A stretch of DNA of 64,000 nucleotides, taken from positions 38,032 through 102,031 of the forward strand of contig CAZEUG010000002.1 in the NCBI GenBank assembly GCA_964515055.1, given 5' to 3'. Positions within the stretch are counted from its first letter, which is position 1, and the number at the start of each line of letters is the position of its first letter. Position numbers and translations under genes: made by a program. The DNA comes from an uncultured Oscillospiraceae bacterium (lineage in GTDB: Bacteria > Bacillota > Clostridia > Oscillospirales > QAMX01). The notes under the pieces are model-generated. The model did not search any database. It saw only the letters and a program-made list of their open reading frames with translations, and had not been told where the DNA came from. This document shows positions 32,030-42,687 of the stretch, one piece after another.

Positions 32030-34366
32030 TTAAATCTGAACCATCAGGTAGTTTTCGATGATGTCGCCCTCTTTGATGTCGCTGAAGCGTTCCAGGCTGA
32101 TTCCGCATTCGAAGCCGGTCGCCACTTCGCGGGCATCGTCCTTGAAGCGTTTCAGGCTGGAGATTTCGCCCTCGTGGATGACCACACCGTCGCGGACAAG
32201 GCGAACCTTGGCCGAGCGCTGCACCTTGCCGTCCTTGACCATGCAGCCGGCAATCGTTCCGGCGCCGGTGACCTTAAAGACCTGGCGAACCTCTGCCGTG
32301 CCCAGGATTTCTTCGCGGAATTTCGGGGCAAGCATCCCCTTGATGGCTGCTTTGACCTCGTCAATGCATTCGTAAATGACGCGGTACATCCGCATATCGA
32401 TGCCCTTCTGTTCCGCCGACATTCGGGTATTGATATCCGGGCGGACGTTAAAGCCGATGACGATGGCGCTGGAGGCGTAGGCCAGCATAATATCGTTTTC
32501 GTTGATCGCGCCGACACCGGTATGAATGATGCGGACGCGGACTTCCTCGTTGGAAAGCTCCTCCAGGGAGGCTTTCAGCGCTTCGGCAGAGCCCTGAACA
32601 TCGGCTTTGAGAATGATGTTCAGATCCTTGACGCTGCCGTCCTGGATGTTGGCAAACAGATCCTGCAGCGACATTTTCTGTGCGGCCGTTGCGCTGGCAT
32701 CGCGTTCCTTCTGTTTGCGCTCCTCGACCAGCTCCCGCGCCATGCGTTCATCGCCGGCCACGCGGAAATGATCGCCCGCGCCGGGTGCCTCATCCAGACC
32801 GATGATTTCAACGGGCATGGACGGACCGGCAGCATTGATTTTCTGACCCTTGTCATTGGTCATGGCGCGGACACGGCCAACGGACGTCCCGGCAATGACC
32901 AGGTCGCCGACGTGGAGTGTCCCGTTCTGAACCAGCAGGGTGGCCACGGCACCACGGTTTTTATCCAGGCGCGCCTCAATGACGGCACCGGACGCCTCGC
33001 GGTTCGGGTTGGCCTTCAGCTCCTGCATATCGGAAACCAGCAGCACCATTTCCAGCAGCTCCGGCAGGCCGGTTCCGTTGGTGGCGGAGACTTTACAGAT
33101 AACCGTATCGCCGCCCCATTCCTCCGGGAGCAGGTCATGCTCCGTCAGCTGGCGCAGGACGCGATCCGGGTCGGCGCTCGGTTTGTCCATTTTATTGACC
33201 GCGACAATAATCGGCACGTTGGCCGCTTTGGCGTGGTTAATCGCTTCGATGGTCTGCGGCATCACGCCGTCATCCGCTGCGACGACGAGAATGGCGACGT
33301 CTGTGACGGATGCGCCGCGGGCGCGCATGGAGGTAAAGGCGGCGTGTCCCGGTGTATCCAGGAAGGTGATCACGCGGCCGTTGGCTTTGATCTGGTAGGC
33401 GCCGATGTGCTGTGTAATGCCGCCCGCTTCGCCCGCAACAACGTGCGTTTTGCGGATGGCGTCCAGCAGCGACGTTTTGCCGTGGTCAACGTGACCCATC
33501 ACGACAACGACCGGGTCACGCGGCACCAGCTCAGACGCATCGTCAACGTGATCAACGTCTGCAAAGAGGCGTTCCTCGATGGTGCGGTGGATTTCATGCT
33601 CGATCTTTGCGCCGAACTCCATCGCAACCAGGCTGGCAGTATCGAAGTCAATGACGTCCGAAACCGCGGCCATCACGCCCAGCTTCACCAGCTGCTTCAC
33701 AACCTCTGCGCCCGTCTTCTTCAGGCGGGAGGCCAGCTCACCGACGGAAATTTCATCGGGGATGGAGACCTTGATCGGCTGCTTTTTGCGAACCTCCTGC
33801 TGCAGGCGGCGCATTTTTTCCTGTTCCTCCAGCCGGCGTTTCTGGCTGAAGTTGGACGGCTTTTTATCTGCCGCCTTCTTGATTTTCTGTTTGCCGGAAC
33901 CGGCATTCGCGGCCTTTTCCGGCACCATATCATCGACGTGTTCATCGTATTTGGACATATCGACATTGGAGTTCCGCGTATCGACATAGCGGCGTTCCGG
34001 CTTTTTGGGTTTGGCCGGTTCCTTCGGCGCTTCGGCCGTCTTCTGCGGTTCGCTGGTCGACTGTGCAGCTGCCGCCGGTTTGGCGGATTCCTTCTCGGCC
34101 TCTGCCTGAGCCGGCACGGATGCCTCGACTGCCGCCGGCGCATCCTGTTCAGCAATCCGCGTTTTGCTCAGTGCTTCTTCAATATCACTGACCTCGTTCA
34201 TTTTCGTGATCTCGTTAAAAATCAGATTCAGTTCACTGTCTTCGAGCACCTTTGCCGGACTTTTCGGGACTTCTCCATGATCTGACAGAATCTGCATGAC
34301 CACCTTATTGCGAACGTCAAAATCCTTTGCGACATCGCTGATCCGTGTTTTATTCATGTTGCTCAA
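32030..34366 (-). CDS. infB: Translation initiation factor IF-2
   Basis: [13 protein letters not shown]1 motif, DTPGH and NKMD. TTG start 9 nt after GGAGG, overlapping the ylxR stop (TTGA). Confidence 0.95.
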   Translation of the reverse strand: MSNMNKTRISDVAKDFDVRNKVVMQILSDHGEVPKSPAKVLEDSELNLIFNEITKMNEVSDIEEALSKTRIAEQDAPAAVEASVPAQAEAEKESAKPAAAAQSTSEPQKTAEAPKEPAKPKKPERRYVDTRNSNVDMSKYDEHVDDMVPEKAANAGSGKQKIKKAADKKPSNFSQKRRLEEQEKMRRLQQEVRKKQPIKVSIPDEISVGELASRLKKTGAEVVKQLVKLGVMAAVSDVIDFDTASLVAMEFGAKIEHEIHRTIEERLFADVDHVDDASELVPRDPVVVVMGHVDHGKTSLLDAIRKTHVVAGEAGGITQHIGAYQIKANGRVITFLDTPGHAAFTSMRARGASVTDVAILVVAADDGVMPQTIEAINHAKAANVPIIVAVNKMDKPSADPDRVLRQLTEHDLLPEEWGGDTVICKVSATNGTGLPELLEMVLLVSDMQELKANPNREASGAVIEARLDKNRGAVATLLVQNGTLHVGDLVIAGTSVGRVRAMTNDKGQKINAAGPSMPVEIIGLDEAPGAGDHFRVAGDERMARELVEERKQKERDASATAAQKMSLQDLFANIQDGSVKDLNIILKADVQGSAEALKASLEELSNEEVRVRIIHTGVGAINENDIMLAYASSAIVIGFNVRPDINTRMSAEQKGIDMRMYRVIYECIDEVKAAIKGMLAPKFREEILGTAEVRQVFKVTGAGTIAGCMVKDGKVQRSAKVRLVRDGVVIHEGEISSLKRFKDDAREVATGFECGISLERFSDIKEGDIIENYLMVQI

Positions 34367-34674
34367 ACAGGGTCACCTCCAAATTTCATCTGCTCCGAAA
34401 GCTGTGCATAAATTGCATCGCTGATGGTTACATTGGGCCGCGTCTCGCTGGACAGAGCCCGTTCCAGCGCTCGGGTTTTCCGGGCTTTCGCCAGGCAGGC
34501 CTCATTGCGGCAAAGATATGCGCCTCTTCCGTTTTTCTTGCCCCGGAAGTCGAGACTGATGCCGTTTTCGTCGCCGTCCGGCGGTAGCACCACCCGGATC
34601 AGCTCGCGTTTTTCTTTCATCACGCGGCATCCGACACACATTCTCATCGGGATTTTTTTCTGCGGCATACCCAT
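34363..34674 (-). CDS. ylxR: YlxR/RnpM family RNA-binding protein (DUF448)
   Basis: MRMCVGCR...GRGAYLC motifs, located between nusA and infB. Confidence 0.85.
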   Translation of the reverse strand: MGMPQKKIPMRMCVGCRVMKEKRELIRVVLPPDGDENGISLDFRGKKNGRGAYLCRNEACLAKARKTRALERALSSETRPNVTISDAIYAQLSEQMKFGGDPV

Positions 34675-34720
34675 ATCCACCTCCGGTTCTATTCGATTCC
34701 GTTCCGAAAACGGCTGCGGC

Positions 34721-35794
34721 TTATTCCGCCTCGTTTTCCACGGATTGGGACTTGATATCGATTCGGTAGCCGGTCAGCTTGGCGGCCAGTCGTGCATTCT
34801 GCCCTTCCCGACCGATGGCCAGCGACAGCTGTTCATCGGCAACAACCACCTTGCAGCTCTTATCCTCCGGCGTGACATCCACACTGACAACGGTGGCCGG
34901 AGCCAGTGCCGCTGCGATGAACTGTGCCGGGTCGTCCGAATATTTGACGATATCGATCTTTTCGCCGCGCAGCTCGTTGACGATTCCGGCAACTCTCGTC
35001 CCCTTCGGGCCAACGCAGGCACCGACCGGGTCAACGTTCGGGTCATTGGCTTTGACGGCGATTTTGGAGCGCAGACCGGCTTCGCGGGCGACGGAGACGA
35101 TTTCGACGATGCCGTCGTAGATTTCCGGCACCTCCATCTCAAAGAGCCGTTTGACCAGCCCCGGATGAGAGCGGGAAATTTGCAGCTGCGGACCCTTCAG
35201 GGTGCGCTGGACGCCGACCAGATAGACCTTCATGCGGTCGCCCTCGCGAATCGGCTCATTCTTGATCTGTTCAGCCGGCGGCAGCACAAAGGTCTGTTCC
35301 TCCGAGCTGCCCGGCAGCGTCAGAATCATGTTGCCCGTGCGGAGGTCGATCTTGATCACCTGTGCCGTCAGAATTTCCTGTTCCTTGGAGGAATACTCGC
35401 GGTACAGCGCGCCGCGCTCCGACTCGCGGATGCCCTGAATGATAACCTGTTTGGCGGTTTGTGCGGCGATTCTGCCAAACTGCTTCGTGTCCACTTCGAC
35501 CGAAACGATCTGGCCGATGGCCGGGGCGCCGGACACATAGCGGCGCGCATCCTCCGGGCTGATCTCGGTGAGCGGATCCGTCACCGGGTCGGCAATCGTT
35601 TTGTGCGCGTACATCCGCATGGACATGGTTTTCGGATCCATCGCGAACGAAACCTCACCATTCGGCGAATATTCGCGGTGATAGGCGGCTGTCAGCGCCT
35701 GCTGAATTTTTTCGATCATATAATCTTTGGGGATATTTTTTTCTTTTTCCAGTGCTTCCAGCGCCAGAAACAGGTTATCTCCGGATTTATCCAT
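34721..35794 (-). CDS. nusA: Transcription termination/antitermination factor NusA
   Basis: S1 + two KH domains (DPVGACVGPKGTRV, AIGREGQNARLAAKLTG). Confidence 0.95.
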   Translation of the reverse strand: MDKSGDNLFLALEALEKEKNIPKDYMIEKIQQALTAAYHREYSPNGEVSFAMDPKTMSMRMYAHKTIADPVTDPLTEISPEDARRYVSGAPAIGQIVSVEVDTKQFGRIAAQTAKQVIIQGIRESERGALYREYSSKEQEILTAQVIKIDLRTGNMILTLPGSSEEQTFVLPPAEQIKNEPIREGDRMKVYLVGVQRTLKGPQLQISRSHPGLVKRLFEMEVPEIYDGIVEIVSVAREAGLRSKIAVKANDPNVDPVGACVGPKGTRVAGIVNELRGEKIDIVKYSDDPAQFIAAALAPATVVSVDVTPEDKSCKVVVADEQLSLAIGREGQNARLAAKLTGYRIDIKSQSVENEAE

Positions 35795-35841
35795 GAATTT
35801 GAAGCCCCTCTCTCCCGGCCTATGCAGCCGACGAATTTGTA

Positions 35842-36321
35842 TTAAAAGTCATAATGGATGCGGCATTGTGCCATATCGGCACGCTTCAGCCGCTTTTCTT
35901 CGCCGTTTTCTTCCAGAATCAGTTCACTGTCTGTGCGGCCAAGCAGCCTGGCCGTCAGGCTTTTGCGCCCGGAAGCATCCGGATGATACAGTTTCAGATC
36001 GACCATGCTGCCAACGAACCGGTCAAAATCGCTGTCGCGGTACAGCTCGCGGTTGATGCCCGGTGAGCTGACCTCCAGGCAGTAGCTCTGTTCGATCGGA
36101 TCGGCTTCATCCAGCCAGGTATCCAGTGCGCGGTTGACCGATTCGCACATATTGATATCGACGCCGCCGGGCGGATCCGTATCCAGCAGAACACGGAGCA
36201 CCCATTCGCCCGCCTCCCGGAGAAATTTCACATCCCAAATCTGACAGCCAACAGCCTCCGCGAACGGCGTCGCTGCCTGCGTCACGAGTTGTACGATCTC
36301 CTTTGCGTTCATCGTTTTCAA
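35842..36321 (-). CDS. rimP: Ribosome maturation factor RimP
   Basis: 159 aa with the LEVSSPGINREL motif, first gene of the nusA operon. Start is TTG at 36321 or ATG at 36312. Confidence 0.88.
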   Translation of the reverse strand: MKTMNAKEIVQLVTQAATPFAEAVGCQIWDVKFLREAGEWVLRVLLDTDPPGGVDINMCESVNRALDTWLDEADPIEQSYCLEVSSPGINRELYRDSDFDRFVGSMVDLKLYHPDASGRKSLTARLLGRTDSELILEENGEEKRLKRADMAQCRIHYDF

Positions 36322-36351
36322 ACCATCCTGTTCCGTAAAATTCTCTCATTC

Positions 36352-36377
36352 AACAAGAAAGAGCGGGAAACCCGCTC
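36352..36377 (-). terminator. Terminator-like hairpin in the rimP-nusA leader (candidate attenuator)
   Basis: Minus strand GAGCGGG-UUU-CCCGCUC followed by UUUCUUGUU, 30 nt upstream of the rimP start and downstream of the predicted promoter. Confidence 0.45.
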
Positions 36378-36462
36378 CATCCAGACAAATCGAACAGGCC
36401 GCCTGTCAAAGCAGCAGACCGTCGAACCTCCGGGCAACGTCCATGCGTGCCCTCACACGTTT

Positions 36463-36491
36463 ATTATATCACACAAGTTCTGTTTATGCAA
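36463..36491 (-). promoter_or_regulatory. Sigma-A-type promoter of the rimP-nusA-infB operon
   Basis: Minus strand TTGCAT-17 nt-(TGa)TATAAT. Confidence 0.55.
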
Positions 36492-36589
36492 GTCTTTTTC
36501 GAGATTTTTTACCGAAAAAATGGGTGGAACACGCATTTCCGGCATCGTCAGCCGTCCGTTTGGCCGATTTGCCCGCACAACCGCCGCGC

Positions 36590-38128
36590 TCAGCGGTTGT
36601 CCTCCGGCTGAAGCAGATGCCATCCGGCCTCATCCCGCACAAGTGTCAGGCTGCCGGAGCGCAGGATCCCCGGCGCATACAACAGGCACCATGCATCCGT
36701 CTCGGTGTAGGGTGTGTAGACAATCCGGTAGGTTTCGCTCGTTTCGGTGCTGATCTGCTCGTTTCGGCTCACGCTCCAGCTTTTCATCCGAACCGTCGGA
36801 TACGCGTGAAGGCCGTCCGGCAGCAGCACACAAAGGGTATGCCAGTCATTCCGGGCGACGGCGGTTGCAAACGCCTGCGCCAGCTGCTGTGGTGTGGCCG
36901 TTTGCATCGCATCTGCCGACAGCTGTGTCCCCGGCTGCAGCAGGTACTGTTCGACCGGGCAGACCTTCAGCGCAACGGGCGAAACGGCAACAGTCTGCGT
37001 CTGCCCGCTCATCAGGTTGACATAGGTGCAGGTGTCCGAATCATGGAAAAAGACAACGGCGTTGCCCGCGCCATCCGTGCGGTAGTCCATCAGAGAGCCC
37101 AACAGCAGCGCCTGATCCTCATCCTCCGGGTATTTGACGATGGCGAGCTGATCTTCCCCGTGGTCACCGTTGCGGCGCACCAGCGCCCGGGAGCCGCCGG
37201 TCATCATCACGACGCCGCTCCGATACTCCGCAGAGTGGCCGATCAGGTTGCCGAAAAAGAGCTTTTCGCTGCCCGCTTCGGTCGAGCCGAACAGCAGACC
37301 CTCCGTCAGGACGGCATAGAGCCGGTCTCCGGCCATTTCGATGCGGTCGAGCAGTTCGCTGTTGGCCAGCCAGGAGTAGGTCGAGCCGCTGGCACGGTCG
37401 TGGAAATAGAGGGTACCGTGTGACGTGCAGAGCTCCGTCAGGTAACCGCTGCCCGTGCGGCCGACCGTATAGAGGACGGTTCGCTCGCCCGTGCCGATGG
37501 TTTGCCGGATGATTCTCTCGACGCCGAGGTCGCTGGCGATGTAGTAGAGGGCGTCATTCAGAAAGACCGCCGTCTGCCGTGTCGGTGACAGGACGCAGCC
37601 GTTGAGCAGCGTGGTGGACCAGATGCCGTTCAGCGGGTCATAGCTATAGAGCAGCGTCTCTCCGGAAATGCTTTCCGGATCGCTGAGGAAATAGAGTACG
37701 CCGTTTTTCATGGCACCGCTGCCGAAGGGCATCCGGTAATAGGTGGTCAGCTCTGTCCCGTCCATGTTGACGGCGCAGAGCTCACCCGTATCCAGATTGC
37801 GGAAAAAGACCCGGTTTTCCAGAACCAGAAACTCCCGATAGGCCGGGAGGTCACAGATCACAGCGGATTTCCCGGTGGTCAAATTCAGGGAGGTCAGGTG
37901 GTTATCCAGCGGGGAGACGAGAACGATCGTGCTGCCGCGGCGCCAGAGCTGCGTGGACAGCACAGTTTTCTCCTGGCGGATGGTGTCCAGCGGATCCTGA
38001 AACGTTGGCGGCGCGCTCGTCTGTTCGGTGGTTTTTGGTTCCGAGCCGGACGCACCAATGGCACGGCAGGCCGTCAGCGACAGCAGCAGAGCGATGACAG
38101 TCAGCAGCAGGATGCAGCTTTTTTTCAC
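36590..38128 (-). CDS. Lipoprotein with beta-propeller-like repeats (DUF5050-like)
   Basis: GTG start 7 nt after GGAGGG gives VKKSCILLLTVIALLLSLTAC (lipobox LTAC). Repeated ...LYF/LYY...D motifs and NMDGTE. Confidence 0.65.
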   Translation of the reverse strand: MKKSCILLLTVIALLLSLTACRAIGASGSEPKTTEQTSAPPTFQDPLDTIRQEKTVLSTQLWRRGSTIVLVSPLDNHLTSLNLTTGKSAVICDLPAYREFLVLENRVFFRNLDTGELCAVNMDGTELTTYYRMPFGSGAMKNGVLYFLSDPESISGETLLYSYDPLNGIWSTTLLNGCVLSPTRQTAVFLNDALYYIASDLGVERIIRQTIGTGERTVLYTVGRTGSGYLTELCTSHGTLYFHDRASGSTYSWLANSELLDRIEMAGDRLYAVLTEGLLFGSTEAGSEKLFFGNLIGHSAEYRSGVVMMTGGSRALVRRNGDHGEDQLAIVKYPEDEDQALLLGSLMDYRTDGAGNAVVFFHDSDTCTYVNLMSGQTQTVAVSPVALKVCPVEQYLLQPGTQLSADAMQTATPQQLAQAFATAVARNDWHTLCVLLPDGLHAYPTVRMKSWSVSRNEQISTETSETYRIVYTPYTETDAWCLLYAPGILRSGSLTLVRDEAGWHLLQPEDNR

Positions 38129-38171
38129 AGGCAATCCCTCCGATCGGTTCAGTTGGGTGATTTTTGGAACA

Positions 38172-38900
38172 CTACAGCACCAGATCAGCCAGGCAGGGGC
38201 AATGATCCGATGCCAATAGCTGTGGAATCTCCGCCGATACAGCGCGGAATTCCGGGGATGCAAAAATATAATCGATTTTGATGGTTGGGCGCTCCGACGG
38301 GAAGCTCCGGGTCTGCTCCGGCAGGAGGCTGCCGGTATCCCGGAAGACCGCCGACAGCGGCTGCAGAATCGGATGCTCCGGCGTCAGGTTCAGGTCGCCC
38401 ATCATCAGCATGGGCGCTCTGCGGCGTTCCGCCAGCTCCAGAACGGCTGACACGGCATTTCGCTGTTCCGGCGGTGTCAGGCCAAAGTGCGTGATCAGGA
38501 CCTCGAAGCGCTCCGGCGCGTCGAATTCCGCGTGCAGGATGCAGCGCGGCTCACAGCCCTCCTCCGACAGCGGAAGCGGGATGGGAATGGTTTTGGCGCT
38601 GCGGATGGGCAGGCGGGAGAGGATGGCGTTGCCATACGGTCCGTTGCCCTGATCGTCGATGGCCTTGGCGAAATAGACATGGTCATAGCCCAGCGCATCG
38701 GCGAGCAGAATGGCCTGTTCCCGATAGGCCGGGGAGACGCCGCGGTCGCGCACCTCATTCAGGCCGACGATATCAGGATGGAACGCACGAATCACGTCCG
38801 CAATCTGCGGCAGGTTCAGCTGTTCCGGTTCACCCTTCACGGCGCGGTGATGATCCGCGCCGTGTTGGATGTTATACGTCATAACACGCAGATTCATCAC
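38172..38900 (-). CDS. Endonuclease/exonuclease/phosphatase (EEP) family protein
   Basis: MTYNIQHG, GLNEV and C-terminal SDHCP motifs. Confidence 0.8.
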   Translation of the reverse strand: MMNLRVMTYNIQHGADHHRAVKGEPEQLNLPQIADVIRAFHPDIVGLNEVRDRGVSPAYREQAILLADALGYDHVYFAKAIDDQGNGPYGNAILSRLPIRSAKTIPIPLPLSEEGCEPRCILHAEFDAPERFEVLITHFGLTPPEQRNAVSAVLELAERRRAPMLMMGDLNLTPEHPILQPLSAVFRDTGSLLPEQTRSFPSERPTIKIDYIFASPEFRAVSAEIPQLLASDHCPCLADLVL

Positions 38901-40102
38901 AGCGTTGTCTCCTGTTTGTCCGACCGGTACAGGCAGCGGCCGTCGCGGTAGACGCGCTGCATCCGGATATCATTGTCGAACACGGTGAGATCGGCCTTGA
39001 AGTCCGGTGCCACGCGTCCGCGATCGTTCAGGCCCATGATGCGTGCCGGTGTCACTGTCACCATACGGACAGCGTCCTCAATCGTTGCACCGGCGACATC
39101 GCGCATCACGCGAACCAGCCGATCCGTTGTGGCGACGCTTCCGGCAAACGCGGTGCGATCCATCAGCTTGGCGACGCCGTCCTCGATGATCACCGGGACA
39201 CCCGTCTCGCGGTCGCCCAGCATGGAGGTGCCGCTCGTCTGTCCGGCGGCACGCATTGAGTCGGTAATCAGGGCGATATGCGCCGGCCCCTTGGTCTGAT
39301 AAATCAGCTTCAGCAGTGTCTGCGGCAGGTGGACGCCGTCGGCAATGATTTCCACGTCCAGATCGTCCGTGATGAAGGCCGTTTCCACGGGGCCTGCATG
39401 GCGGAAGGCATGAATCCGCTGTACACCGGCCATCGCCGAATACAGGTGTGTGCAGAGGGAGAAGCCGTTTTCAAACGCCTCGATGACCTGTTCATAGACT
39501 GCCATCGTATGTCCCATGGACGGCAGAATGCCCGCCGCGCGGAGGCGGCGACCCATTTCCAGTGCGCCCGGCAGCTCCGGCGCGATGCTCCAGCGGACGA
39601 TATCGTCCGAATGCGACAGGATATCTTCGACTTCCTGCAGGTCGGGATTGCGCACATGGCGCGGATCCATTGCGCCCTTCTGCGCAATGTTGAAATAGGG
39701 ACCTTCCAGATGGAGGCCGCACAGCGCGGCACCGTCATTCTTCATCGTTTTGGCCTTGCGGTACGCATCGAACACCGGGAAGAGCGATTCGTTGGTGGAG
39801 CTGACGGTGGACGGGAAAATGGAGGTGGTACCGTGCTCCAGATGCGCTCTGGCCGCGCCGAGGATGCCCTCTGCCTCCCCGTCCATAAAGTCGAAGCCGC
39901 CGCCGCCGTGCGTATGGAGGTCGACAAAGCCCGGTGCGATGTAGCTGCCCCCGACGTCGATTCGTTCATCGCACGTCACATCGCCCGTTGCGCCGGTGCC
40001 GACTGCCAGAATGCGGCCGTCCGCATCGTCAAACAGGACGTAGCCGTCCTTCAGGACTCTCCACGGTGTAATGACATTCCCATGATATAAAAGCGTTTTC
40101 AC
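38897..40102 (-). CDS. nagA: N-acetylglucosamine-6-phosphate deacetylase
   Basis: GFVDLHTHGGGGFDF metal-binding motif. GTG start 8 nt after AGGAGA is preferred over the tracked TTG at 40129. Confidence 0.88.
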   Translation of the reverse strand: MKTLLYHGNVITPWRVLKDGYVLFDDADGRILAVGTGATGDVTCDERIDVGGSYIAPGFVDLHTHGGGGFDFMDGEAEGILGAARAHLEHGTTSIFPSTVSSTNESLFPVFDAYRKAKTMKNDGAALCGLHLEGPYFNIAQKGAMDPRHVRNPDLQEVEDILSHSDDIVRWSIAPELPGALEMGRRLRAAGILPSMGHTMAVYEQVIEAFENGFSLCTHLYSAMAGVQRIHAFRHAGPVETAFITDDLDVEIIADGVHLPQTLLKLIYQTKGPAHIALITDSMRAAGQTSGTSMLGDRETGVPVIIEDGVAKLMDRTAFAGSVATTDRLVRVMRDVAGATIEDAVRMVTVTPARIMGLNDRGRVAPDFKADLTVFDNDIRMQRVYRDGRCLYRSDKQETTL

Positions 40103-40172
40103 GAAGCATTTTCTCCTTTTTTTGCACAAGTCCCCTGCCGCCGAAGCGCTGCTCCGGCGGCAGGGGCTGTAA

Positions 40173-41741
40173 TTATTTCAGCATACTGGCTTCCCAGCAA
40201 TCCGGCGCTTTGAGGCCGAACAGTGCGGCAACGGTCGGTGCGACATTCGCCAGACCGAATTCGCCGTCTGCCAGTTCAACGGTACGCTCTTTGTCGTAGA
40301 CGATGAACGGAACCGGGTTCAGCGAGTGCGCGGTGCGCACCTGCAGCTTGCCCTTCTTATTCTTTTCGGCCATTTCATCGGCATTGCCGTGGTCGGCCGT
40401 CACGATCAGGGTGACGTTTTCCTCGTCACAGACAGCCTTCAGCCGTGCGAGCATCAGGTCCAACGCGGAGACAGCGACGATGGCCGCGTCCATGCTGCCG
40501 GTGTGGCCGACCATATCGCCGTTCGGGAAGTTGCAGCGGAGGAATCCATACTTCTTCGAGCGGATGGCATCGATCAGATCGTCCGTGATTTCGGCGCATT
40601 TCATCCACGGCCGCTGGTCAAACGGGACGAGGTCGGAGGGGATTTCATGGAAGGTTTCGAGCTGTTCATCGAACTTGCCGCTCTTGTTGCCGTTCCAGAA
40701 ATAGGTCACATGACCGTATTTCTGCGTTTCGCTGACGGCGTACTGGGCGATGTTGTTTTCGATCAGGAGCTCGGAGAGCGTATGGCGGATTTCCGGCGGA
40801 TTGACGAGGAAGCGCTTCGGCAGCTTCAGGTCGCCGTCATACTGCAGCATACCGGCATAGACAACCTGCGGACGGCGCTCGCGGTCAAAGAACGTGAACT
40901 GGTCATCGTCGAACGCCATGCTGATTTCGATGGCGCGGTCGCCGCGGAAGTTGAAGAAGATCACGCTGTCGTTGTCTTCGATGGTGCCGACCGGCTGGCC
41001 GTTTTCGCCGATGACGAACGGCGGCAGATCCTGGTCAATCGCACCGGTCTCTTCGCGCAGCGTCTCAATGGCGGCCTTGGCGGTTGCGAACTGGCGACCC
41101 TTGCCGAGGACGTGTGTATCCCAGCCGAGCTTGACCATATTCCAGTTGGCCTGGTAGCGGTCCATGGTGATGACCATGCGGCCGCCGCCGGATGCGATTT
41201 TCGCGTCAAACGCGCCGTCGTTCAGCTCGGCCAGCTTTTCTTCCAGCGCATCGACGTACGTCAGCGCGGAGGTGGCGGGGACATCGCGGCCATCCAGCAG
41301 GATGTGGACGCGGCAGCGGCGGACACCGTCAGCCTTGGCGCGTTCCAGCATGGCAAACAGGTGGCTGATGTTGGAGTGGACATTGCCGTCCGACAGCAGG
41401 CCTAAAAAGTGCAGCGTGGAGCCGTTCTGCACGCAGTTGCCGCTCGCCTCTTTCCAGGCGTCGGAGTCATAGATTTTGCCGCTTTCGATGGATTCATTGA
41501 CCAGCTTGGCGCCCTGCGAATAGATCTGGCCGCAGCCGAGGGCGTTATGGCCGACCTCGCTGTTGCCCATATCGTCATCAGTCGGCAGACCGACAGCGGT
41601 GCCGTGTGCCTTCAGGCGAACCGTCGGGCATTCAGCCAGCAGCTGATCGAGTGTCGGCGTGTGTGCCGCCGTGACGGCATCCCCGATGCCGGTTTTCGAA
41701 AATCCTACGCCGTCCATGACGACAAGAAGAATGGGTTTCAT
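40173..41741 (-). CDS. gpmI: 2,3-bisphosphoglycerate-independent phosphoglycerate mutase
   Basis: 522 aa; MKPILLVVMDGVG...NSEVGHNALG...TADHGNAD iPGM motifs. Confidence 0.95.
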   Translation of the reverse strand: MKPILLVVMDGVGFSKTGIGDAVTAAHTPTLDQLLAECPTVRLKAHGTAVGLPTDDDMGNSEVGHNALGCGQIYSQGAKLVNESIESGKIYDSDAWKEASGNCVQNGSTLHFLGLLSDGNVHSNISHLFAMLERAKADGVRRCRVHILLDGRDVPATSALTYVDALEEKLAELNDGAFDAKIASGGGRMVITMDRYQANWNMVKLGWDTHVLGKGRQFATAKAAIETLREETGAIDQDLPPFVIGENGQPVGTIEDNDSVIFFNFRGDRAIEISMAFDDDQFTFFDRERRPQVVYAGMLQYDGDLKLPKRFLVNPPEIRHTLSELLIENNIAQYAVSETQKYGHVTYFWNGNKSGKFDEQLETFHEIPSDLVPFDQRPWMKCAEITDDLIDAIRSKKYGFLRCNFPNGDMVGHTGSMDAAIVAVSALDLMLARLKAVCDEENVTLIVTADHGNADEMAEKNKKGKLQVRTAHSLNPVPFIVYDKERTVELADGEFGLANVAPTVAALFGLKAPDCWEASMLK

Positions 41742-41780
41742 ATTGTTTCCAGCTTTCCTTTTCAGATTTGATATCCAGTT

Positions 41781-42647
41781 TTATTTGCAGTCGATCCAGC
41801 GCTTCAGGTTGGCAATGCCGCACTCAATCGCCTGCAGTGTTTTTTCCATGCCTTCAAATTCAACGGTGACATAGCCGTCATAGCCGGCGGTTTTCAGGAT
41901 GCGGAGATCCTGGCGCACCGGGACGACGCCGTGACCGATGACCGTGCCGCGCAGGTAGTTCCCGGCGCGGGAGCAGAACCAGCCGTCTCCGGGGTTGTCC
42001 TCCATGCCGGATTTGCGGAGGAAATCCTTGGCGTGGACGTGGACGGTGAACGGAGCCACCTTGCCGACGGCAATGGCGCTGTCCTCATCGGCGCAGAGGA
42101 AGTTGCCCATATCGCAGAGCGCACCATAATTTGTGTGGTTGACAGCCGTGACCAGTGCGACAATCCGGTCGGCATCCTGCGCAAACAGCCCGTGGTTCTC
42201 GCTGCAGGTGCGGATGCCGCGGGCGGCGGCATATTCCGTGACGCGGCGGCAGCTCTCGGCCAGGCACGGCAGGACGGCGGGGAAGGTGCGGATGCCCTGA
42301 TACCACGCCGGGAAACCGTATGTGACGTCGTGCCGCATGACGGGGACGCCCAGAATTTCAGCCAGATCGACTTCACGGCACGCCTGCTCCACTGCATCGT
42401 CCGGGTTTTCGTCCTTCAGGAAATTCGCGCCGACTGCGTAGGCCACGATCGGCAGGCCGATTTTCTCGCTGTATGCGCGCAGCTCACGGGCGCGTTCCTC
42501 CTTTGTCATGCCCTCCGGCACGTCAAAGCCGGCAAACTCAAAGCCGTCTGCGCCGTGCTGCTTTGCATGATCCATGGCGTCAAAGATGGTGAAATCCGCG
42601 TTGATCGCCTGGCTGTAGCTGTAGGAAGTGACCGATACTTTCATCAT
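41781..42647 (-). CDS. Sugar phosphate isomerase/epimerase (TIM barrel)
   Basis: Xylose-isomerase-like TIM pattern (ENH..., HVHAKD, VEFEG). Start at one of two adjacent ATGs after GAGGAG. Confidence 0.8.
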   Translation of the reverse strand: MMKVSVTSYSYSQAINADFTIFDAMDHAKQHGADGFEFAGFDVPEGMTKEERARELRAYSEKIGLPIVAYAVGANFLKDENPDDAVEQACREVDLAEILGVPVMRHDVTYGFPAWYQGIRTFPAVLPCLAESCRRVTEYAAARGIRTCSENHGLFAQDADRIVALVTAVNHTNYGALCDMGNFLCADEDSAIAVGKVAPFTVHVHAKDFLRKSGMEDNPGDGWFCSRAGNYLRGTVIGHGVVPVRQDLRILKTAGYDGYVTVEFEGMEKTLQAIECGIANLKRWIDCK

Positions 42648-42687
42648 AATCTCTCCTCGATTCAATCGGATACGGGGCAGACCCGCA

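Noticed and set aside
31925-34285. 786-aa plus-strand ORF
   Set aside because: Antisense to infB (which has unambiguous GTPase motifs).
40132-40165. GC hairpin (CCCCTGCCGCCG/CGGCGGCAGGGG) after gpmI as an intrinsic terminator
   Set aside because: There is no U-tract on the minus strand after the stem, and nagA follows 30 nt later with its own RBS. It is more likely an intra-operon structure, so it is not listed as a terminator.
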